Shown: positions 55,393 to 64,000 of the stretch, one piece after another
Numbering within the stretch: the first letter of the stretch is position 1
Layout of the letters: each line of letters opens with the position of its first letter
Origin: Octopus vulgaris
Taxonomy: Eukaryota
Assembly (NCBI GenBank): GCA_951406725.2
Contig: OX597814.1
Location: 97,092,001-97,156,000 of the forward strand
DNA: 64,000 nt
Reading direction: 5' to 3'
Notes under the pieces: model-generated
The model's database searches: none
What the model saw: the letters and a program-made list of their open reading frames with translations, nothing else
Told to the model about the DNA's origin: nothing
Program-made: the position numbers and the translations under genes

Positions 55393-56495
55393 ACAACAAC
55401 TAACCCTCTACAAAGCTCCAGTGAGACCCACAATAATATACTGCACTTACATCTAGAAAGTCGTTGCAGTTATGTATATAGGCAACTTGAGTGCATCCTA
55501 TCTGACAGATAGGAATGGAGTCGCTCAGCTATTTCTTCTATTATAACTGATTTCTACTCCTTGCAGCTGACTGAGCTGTCTCATACCACCTCTGCTCAAT
55601 GCTCTAAAGTCACGTATCTCTCCTCTTCCCAGGTCCTTGCACTAATAGTCCATTCTTCTCAAAATATCCCTAACTATTCAGGTAAAAAAAAATCAGCAAG
55701 GGACAATTTTTTTAATTTTTCACTTGATAAGCATTTTGAATTTATATGTTGTTATTTCTGTAACTGCTTTCCCAACATTATCTAAATTATCAAACAATTA
55801 TAATCATTACCGCATCAAAAGAAATTTGTCATGTGATCATTGTAATACTAGCAATGGCTTTTTTCTTGTTTCTTGCAAGTATTTATTTCCAACAAAACTT
55901 TCTATTTATATTACAATGTTACATCTGTCACAAGATGGACTTCATTACTATACATAGTTTCATTAATCAGTCAGTTGATGGTTTCAATATACAATTGTAT
56001 ATTTTTGTTTTGACAAGAATTAGATATATGCAATTTTATATTTAATCATTTACACACACATACATATGCATATTTCTTGCTTTTACTAAGCTTTCTCTTA
56101 TCAAATTTGACTAAGCATAAAACAAGTTAATTATAATAAATTTATTTTAGTGTTTAAACAAAGCTTTAATTCATTTGCTTTTGCATAATCATAATTAAAC
56201 TGTAAATTTGATTTTATACCTGAATGTGACCAAAAGTATTGCAACTTCATTATATTTTTTATCAAATAAGAGACTATAAGTACCAAGTCAAAATTGTGAC
56301 TAAAATAGTAGCTGTGTGTGATTGGGTGGGTGGGGTAAGATTAATAAAAAAAATTTAATTCTTTAAAATGAAAAAATATTCACTCAATCAAAAATATGCT
56401 AAATAACCAAAGAAATTTGCTGGTTATGGTTACAATCATAAGTTAACAGAATTTCCATTATTTTCATCAACAAATATCTCTTGAATATATCTCAC

Positions 56496-56724
56496 CTGCT
56501 AAAGGGACTCCATTACAATCAGTCCCCAACAACCAAGCATACAATCTTCGATTTAAAGACATGTCCCTGCGTAGTATTACAGTAACAGAAGCTTTCAGAA
56601 TCTTCAACATATCAGCTTTGGTCAACTGAGCATTATGCATGGGGAATGCTATCAAGAGAAAATCTAACAGACTTCTCTGAACTAGGACAATGCTATCTTG
56701 AACAGCTGTACATGCTGCTTGTAC
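56496..56724 (-). CDS. DOP1: Dopey exon (VQAACTAVQD...RRDMSLNRRLYAWLLG...)
   Basis: tcatag|GTA acceptor, G|gtgaga donor; 229 nt, phase 0 to 1. Confidence 0.94.
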
Positions 56725-57092
56725 CTATGAGATGGAATACAAAATGAAAAATAATAAATGGCTGTCATTAAGCAATTTTATGTAAATAATGAAAAACTAA
56801 CAGATTTGCAACATCTACCAGTGTATATTATTCCATTTGATACACTTTGTAACTGATACTAAAAAGTAAAAAAAACTCTTTTTGGAAAATTCTAACAGAA
56901 AACAATGATTTTTTTTTTTAAAAGAAAAATACACTCACATTAAAAGATTTCCAGTTCTTTTTTTGCTTTTCCATATACTAATTAAGTTTGTAATGTCTTT
57001 TCTATATGTGTAATTCTCATTATCTATGCAACACATTTAATTTCATTAATCTCTTGGTTACCTCCTGTCTCATCACTAACTCTATAAATTAA

Positions 57093-57306
57093 CCCTTTCG
57101 TTACTGCATTTATTTTGAGATGCTCTGTGTTTCTTTCAATTACTTTAAATATAACAAAAAATTTAGTAAAATAACTTGGTTATCATTAAGCTAGTGTTAG
57201 GAACATAAATTGTGACTAAGGCTTAGTGGAAGATTTTAATTCAAAACTTATGAAAACAAGACTTTTGCACTCAGAGCCAGTTTCAGCCGGTTTGGTAACA
57301 AAAGGG
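57093..57306. mobile_element. piggyBac-type MITE
   Basis: TTAA|ccctttcgttac ... gtaacaaaaggg TIRs; right target site degenerate. Confidence 0.7.
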
Positions 57307-57841
57307 GCTTCTAGTTTACATCAGAAGCTAAGGGAAAAAAACGATGACAGCAGGAGTAAAAGGGTCCTAGAAAGTGACACTGCAGAACAAGAAAAATGGG
57401 AAAACAAATAATTTGTCCTTCATGCATCAAACTTTCACAAGAGAAGCAGAAGAAACAAAATACAAACATATATACAACTCAGTATATATCTCTGTAACCA
57501 CTTTATGAAACATTTGTAAAGTGTATTTACCTAACAATATGTCATTATGACAACTTTGCAAAAGTTAGTAATGTTATGACTATCAAAACATGTATGACTT
57601 CAGCAGACACATCTTTCTATATTTAGATACTCTTTAGAAAAAGATGTTATGTACTGAGGAGTAAATATAGCTATCTTTCTAGCTGTGGATATTGATGGAA
57701 ATATTAAAAATATTTCTGAAAATACCTAATAAAAAAATATGCCTTGATATCACTAATTTTTTTTTTTTTAAGAGAGGAAAGTATACACTTAAAGTCTTTG
57801 CAGGCCTACCAAGCTGGTATAGAAAATGGCTGCAAATATTA

Positions 57842-58331
57842 CCGAAAATCCTCGAGTATAATCCACATTTCCCCCCCAAAATTTAAAGGTCAAAATCCCT
57901 AGTGTGTACTATATACAAGGTTAAAAATGAAAAATATTTTCTAAGCAATGTCCGAGTCTCAATTTGCTGTCCGGCAATGTTTATTCAGATGCGAAAATAC
58001 CTTAAGTTAAGCCTGAAAGCAATTAGGTCATAAAAGAATCATCTATAACTTGCAGTAAGCAACATTTATTAAGCGTTATTACTGTTATTTCTTTATTTTC
58101 TGCAAACAAAATGCACAAAAAAGTTACACGTTTGCATTGTGTTATATACACAATGATAATAAAGGATGTTACCGTATACATTTTTACCAACCAAGGACAT
58201 TATATAGACCTTGACTCAAGTTAGAGAAGGGGTGCGTATTATACACAAGGTTTAGGTTTTTCAGAGGTACAGCCTCCTAAAAACCCCCTGCGTATTTTAC
58301 TCAAAGGCAGACTATACTTGAGGATTTACGG
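57842..58331. mobile_element. Tc1/pogo-type MITE
   Basis: TA|ccgaaaatcctcgagtata ... tatacttgaggatttacgg|TA. Confidence 0.85.
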
Positions 58332-59084
58332 TAAGTTCCTGAAGGTTTGAAAGTTCTAGGGATACAGATTTGGATAAACTATTTAAATATGTAGCTCTGG
58401 ATTCCAATCAAAGTGTTCCTCAGAAGTGTATGCTAATGGGGGTCTTTCTGACTATTAACTCTAGTTTATTCCAAGGTTTAGTCATTTCTCAAGCTTTACA
58501 TCCTGTACATTAGCACTCAACATGCTATCACTTCTAACAATGTACACATGATACCAACATTTTTTTACACAGGCATCAATTATACACAAGCTAGATGCCT
58601 TGTGACAAACTTGCACTGCCTCATAGAAGCTTCAAAAACATCTTTCAAAAAATTAGTCATTAAGCAATTTTATGTAAATAATGAAAAACGAACAGATTTG
58701 CAACATTTACCCATGTATATCATTTGTAACTCATACTAAAATGTGAAAAAACATTTTTTGGAAAATTTTAACAGAAAACAATTATTTTTTAAATATGAGG
58801 ATATTTAAAAGTAAAATACATTCACATCAAAAAATTTCCAGTCCTTTTTCTTTCCCCACATACTAATTAATCAAGTTTGTAATAAAATGTATTTTCTAAA
58901 TGTGTAATTCTCATTATACCTGTGTGACACATTGTTGCTTTTTTTTTTTTTAAAGTTGTGGAGAAAAATTTCTTTAAAAATGTTCTTTAACATTGAACAC
59001 TCTCTCATATATGAGAGGCTAAGGAAAAAAAAAAGGAAATGTTAACTATCCTTCACTGCAATAAACATCACCAAAATGAATTAC

Positions 59085-59274
59085 CATGAGGTCGATATTA
59101 AGGCCCATCATATACAGCTGATCTTCCATGCTCTGCTTTTTATTGTAGTGTGTCAATAAGAAAGTGATTGCCTGAAGTCTAGCAGCAGGGAAGGTGTAGA
59201 TACACTGCCACATACAACTGTAGAAGTAACTCTCATCAGTCACCTGACTGAAATCCACCAGCAATTTATCACAC
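59085..59274 (-). CDS. DOP1: Dopey exon (CDKLLVDF...SMEDQLYMMGLNIDLM)
   Basis: ttgcag|G acceptor, ATG|gtaatt donor; 190 nt, phase 2 to 0. Confidence 0.93.
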
Positions 59275-59334
59275 CTGCAATTAGAAATATAAAACTATAA
59301 AGACAGCAAAAGTTAGTGTGTCCAAATTTACTTT

Positions 59335-60738
59335 CATCATCATCATTTAATGTCCACTTTCCATGCTGGCATTGGCTGGACAGTTTGACTGAAAACTGGT
59401 AAGCACGCTGTACCAGGTTCAAATCTGGGTTGGCAAGGTTTCTATTGCTGGATGCCCTTCCTAATACCAACCACTCCAAGAGTGCAGTGGGTGCTCTTTA
59501 TGTTCCACTGGCACAGGAGCCATTGACCTAACATTGGCATTGGTCACAACTATAGCCACACTTGGCTTGATGGGTATATTGCCAAGGGTTTTGGTCATCT
59601 GTCACTGCCATCATGAGGCTTATTGCTCGAATGGTGCTTTTTACATGCCACCAGCATGGGTATCAGCACTGGTATCATCCATGACTATGATTTCACTTGG
59701 TACAGAAGGTCTTCACAAGCACAGCATATCGCTCAACTGAAGGTTGCATTTAACAGGTGGGCTAGTTACACGACACTGGCATTGGCAATGACTATGATCT
59801 CACTTGGCTTGATGGGCCTTCTCAAGCACAGCATATCTCCAAAGGTCTCAGTTGTTTATCATTGCATCTATGAGGACCAACGTTCGAAGATCATGCTTCA
59901 CCACCTCATCCCATGTCTTCTTGGGTCTATCTCTTCCACAGGTTCCCTCCACCATTAGAATGCAACACTTCTTCACACACCTGTCCTCATCCACAAGCAT
60001 CACATGACCATACCAGCACAGTCATCTCTCTTGCACCCCACATTTGATGTTTCTTATGTCCAACTTTTCTCTCTGTCTATCTGATATAATTTCCTGTTAC
60101 CACTATACTTCCAGTCTTTTCAGGCTTGTTTCTTATCCCTAATGGCCCTGTCAACTACATTGTTCCACCACCATGTCGCCTTAGGTGAAGAGGGAACTTT
60201 GCACCAGCCACAAATCTGGTCAGTAGCCCTCAACAAGTTGTTCCATAGGAACCTTCCTTGTTCTCTACATTATGTGATGCCATATCCTCCTTTATTTCAT
60301 CAAAAGCTTCAAGTAATATGTCTCTAAATCTCTGTCTATTCAGAGGATCCTTAAGCTTCCAGACCCTTCTTTTCCACACTGGTCATCTTCTGGGTAGCCA
60401 TTTAGCCCTGATCCTGAAGTGACTAACTAACCTGTGTTGTGGGTAAGTTTTGGCATTTATAAGCAGCAATCTTTCTTGTTTCCTGGGGAGAATGTAATCA
60501 ATCTGACTAGTGTACCAACCAGACTGGTAGGTGAACAGGTGACTGGCCGGTTTCCTGAAGTTAGTATTACAGATCATAAGATCATTTGCATCACAGAACT
60601 CCAGCAGCCTGGTCCCTTCTCATTGCGGAAACCAAATCTGTTGCCGCCATGTACACCATGGAAGCTCTCCAGATGTCCAACATGCTCACTGAAGTCACCA
60701 GCCACAAAGAGAAGGTCCCTGTCATTTGTCAGGTCACA
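59335..60738 (-). mobile_element. Internally deleted RTE LINE
   Basis: (GAT)n tail at 59335; endonuclease remnant ICNTNFRKPASHLFTYQSG...QIDYIL; 3' UTR with three short internal repeats. Confidence 0.85.
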
Positions 60739-61529
60739 TTATCTTTATATGTATCAGGTATGAAATACAAAATATAGAAATAATATGATTTTGAAGAAAA
60801 AGGCATTGAAAGAAAACATTAGCTTAAATAATAAAATGTTGATATCTATAGAGAGCATCCAGTTAATAGATTGCAGAGGTTTAAAAAATGCCAAAAAAAC
60901 TAAACTGTAAAATAAGTTGGAGAAGAAAGTTAGAGGAACTTTCTCAACCAGGGTCCCTCAGGATGATATTGTTCAGTAAGAGGTCACTAGGAGTCCCACA
61001 AGACTTAGCAAAATATACGCTAATTATACGCATACTTTTTTTTGTATTTAATTCTTTATTTGAAATTTTATTATACATTTCTGGCATACTATTAAAGGTA
61101 GAGAAATCTTGGTATCTGTAGGTAGTAAGGAGATCCCCTGGAAAAATGAATTCTTAAGAGGAAATTGAAGGGGAATTTGGTTAAGACAAGTCTTCATTAA
61201 GACAGAATTTCTTAAACCTTCTTTAATAGATTTAGCAGAGTGAAACCTTTCAAAAGCAGTTTCATGAAATTTACCTTTTTGAAAGAGAAAGACAAAGAGA
61301 AATCAAGATATGTAGTTTTCATGTAGGGATTCCATGAAACAGGTAATTTATTTCAAAGGTTCCTCACAAAGTAAAGACACTGGGAAATGCTGGGTTAGAG
61401 GTTAAAACGTTTAAAACATTAGAAACCATTAGACTAATAATGTAAGCTTCTTAACCTAATGATTTAAATCAGTGACAATGAATAATAAACAAATAAGATA
61501 TTTGACAGAAAATAAAAATCCTATATTAC

Positions 61530-61882
61530 CTGTAGGATAGTTCTGAACCCTCTTCCATGCCAGGTAACAATCCAAGTAGAAGTCCATTTAGACCTGGTTT
61601 TATATGTTTTCCTAAAGGTACAAAATGGCACTCATAGAGATCTAAAAGAACTGGCTTCACATTCATGGCAGCATAACTCATGAGGGGGAAAAGACCTGCA
61701 GTGTAGATAAAGAGATCTTGGGACAAACGCTCAAGACCAATACTTTTGAAGATGATATCATAGGTTTCAAGAGCTTTCAGATGGACACCACTTGGTAAAG
61801 CTGGATGAAGACACTGGGCTAATCGTTTACCGATTATCACTCTTTTGGGGATGACAGGGTATTTCATATGTGACAGCAGTAC
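61530..61882 (-). CDS. DOP1: Dopey exon (Dopey_N: [30 protein letters not shown]...EEGSELSYR)
   Basis: ctttacag|GTA acceptor, AG|gtaata donor; 353 nt, phase 0 to 2. Confidence 0.95.
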
Positions 61883-62849
61883 CTGTAAAGATTAGAATAT
61901 GAACTAATAAGTGAAAGTGAAGAACTGTATCAGGTTGGAATAAATGCTTTATGCTGTTTAGTTACATTCATTCATGTCACAAGTTCAAAACATACAACAG
62001 TTGACTTTCACCTCATTCGTCTGGAGTTATTACTACATGCAACTGTAATATATTTGGGACTGGTTCAAATAACTACACACTTTCTGAAAATTAGCAACCT
62101 TGTATCAAAGTTAGAACTCTTTATTAACTAGCAATAACAAAACATCATAATTTTTTTCCCCTTTTTTTGTTCAATCAAACTTTATAGTAGCAATTATTTA
62201 TTAAATCTAATCTTGGGTAACAAAATATGTACTCTGTATGCTTATGTAAGTATGACTTGTACATATTGTCTTTAATAAGCACTAACGATCAAAATCATCA
62301 CTGCATGTGATGGACAATATTATTGTTATATTGTTCAGTAAAACTGTTAAGTAGTAAAAAGACCAAATAAAATGTAGCTATGTATGCTAAATGAAGGACA
62401 GTAGAGAGGATATAAATTCCCTAACAAGCTATTATTTATACATAATAGACATGTGTGTGTGTGTGCATTGCATGCATATATTTAGGTGTTGTAGTTATGT
62501 TACACACTATGTTCTTAAGCAAATCTACAATCAAAGCTTTTCCAGCAAAGCTTTTCATATTTGCTTAGACGGTATATCAAAGATTACAAAATCTGGTGTA
62601 TTTGCACCATAACATTTTAAAATTTCCATTTTTCAGAGGCAAGGAAGTAATAAGGAGTGATAGCTACTATTTCTAGCAAGTCAGGCAACAATATGGAGGC
62701 TTCTGCTTTCATTTCTGTGGAAATGTTTGATCTTCTTGGTCTATGTGGATCATACAGATGAATGAGCATGATTGCCTTGCCTTGCCATTTCTTTCTGGTT
62801 ACTGTTGTTTACATATGTATTGTACTGCCAAGTGCAATAGTGGATGTTA

Positions 62850-63030
62850 ATCATCATCATCATCATCATCGTTTAGCGTCCGTTTTCCATGCTAGCATGG
62901 GTTGGACGGGTCAACTGGGGTCTGTGAAGCTGGAAGGCTTCGTCAGGCCCAGTCAGATCTGGCAGTGTTTCTACGGCTGGATGCCCTTCCTAACGCCAAC
63001 CACTCCGCGAGTGTAGTGGGTGTTTTTTAC
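62850..63030 (-). mobile_element. Young RTE-tail short element
   Basis: Closely similar to the 18004-18143 and 13569-13745 copies; CpGs intact. Confidence 0.8.
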
Positions 63031-63595
63031 ATGGTAATTTCCTGATCAGTTATATGCCGTAACCAGGAATATACTACTCAACTATATAAAAGTGTGTGTG
63101 TGTGAGTTCATGTACATATGTATCTTTGTCCTCTACCGCTGCTTGACAATTGGTACAGGTTTGCTCATATCTCTTTAACTTAGCAGTTCAGCAAAAGACA
63201 CCAACAATACTTAAAAATAAGTACTGGGGTTAATTTGTTTGAGTAAACCCTTTAAGACAATGTTCCAGCTTGGCAAAGTCAATGACTGAAACAAGTGAAA
63301 GATAACACACTCAGAGAAAGGACAGCTCCCATGATTCATGTAGGAAGGAGTATAATTATTCCTCAGCCAGAAAATCTGTTAATAAATGTGGGTGCAAATT
63401 TATTTAATTTTGTAGTATTTCAAGTATTGATAAATTTCAATATTTTATGCTTTTTACTTCTATTTATAACCAATTTCATATGCATCACAGTTCACATAAA
63501 AGAGCTATATTATGCATAACTTTTTAAAAATACAATTCCATTATTGATCTCAAGTGAATTTTGGCTAATAAGCACATTTTAAAACTGATATTTAA

Positions 63596-63813
63596 CCTTT
63601 TAGCGGTTCATATTATTCTGTGAAATGTAATGCTTATTTAGTCACATTTTGAATTATTCATGCATTATCTTGTAGCTTTGAGATTTCAATGATACCATTG
63701 TTTATTCTTAGAATGACTCTGTAGGGTAGGTGTGAGAGGCCAGATCTGGCCAGTTTGAACATAAAACAGATAGAATATTTGGGCTGGATGTAGCCAGTTT
63801 AAATGCTAAAAGG
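63596..63813. mobile_element. piggyBac-type MITE
   Basis: TTAA|ccttttagc ... gctaaaagg|TTAA; same family as 20491-20700. Confidence 0.85.
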
Positions 63814-64000
63814 TTAAACAAAATTTTAATAATTACACACGTCACTCCAGTGGATTTCAGAAGATAAAATTATATCATCAAACTTTTTTGTTAAGGAGCA
63901 TCGCAAACTCCTCTTAATATCTTCACTAAACAAAACAAGTATGGTTGTTTTATAAAATCAATCTAAATTCATGATCATTTTATATATATGTATATATCAT

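Larger units (their letters stand above)
6975..61882 (-). other. DOP1: Dopey/DOP1 family gene body (partial; 23 coding exons in window, N- and C-terminal exons not in window)
   Basis: Spliced exons give one open frame of 6623 nt with Dopey motifs ([23 protein letters not shown]; LRRDMSLNRRLYAWLLG; PFRILISLLDKPEIG; LEQTTWLRRNL; [15 protein letters not shown]). All 22 introns are GT-AG with matching phases. Confidence 0.96.

Noticed and set aside
61883-64000. First coding exon or promoter of Dopey
   Set aside because: No EWADLIS-like N-terminal motif or promoter evidence found; presumably beyond the window end.

Overview
AT-rich animal genomic DNA; the repeat content (RTE-type elements with (GAT)n tails, tRNA-derived SINEs, abundant microsatellites) suggests an octopus or other coleoid cephalopod, which is an inference. 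The window lies inside one minus-strand gene, a Dopey/DOP1 (DOP1A-like) trafficking scaffold. I traced 23 coding exons (61882 down to 6975), all with GT-AG boundaries and consistent phases, totalling 6623 nt (about 2207 codons). The first coding exon and the conserved C-terminal exons were not found in the window. The introns hold RTE LINE relics, SINEs, two mariner relics, pogo-type and piggyBac-type MITEs, two Helitrons and Penelope-like relics. The most notable signals are: (1) an apparently complete minimal type-I hammerhead ribozyme on the pre-mRNA sense strand at 45047-45131; (2) a ~200-bp-arm inverted repeat holding two oppositely damaged hammerheads at 19369-20119; (3) a young composite retroelement with ~290-bp YY1-motif tandem monomers at 13567-15060; (4) a candidate poison exon. 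None proves a new biological system; all need testing. Homology calls come from recalled family motifs, not database searches.
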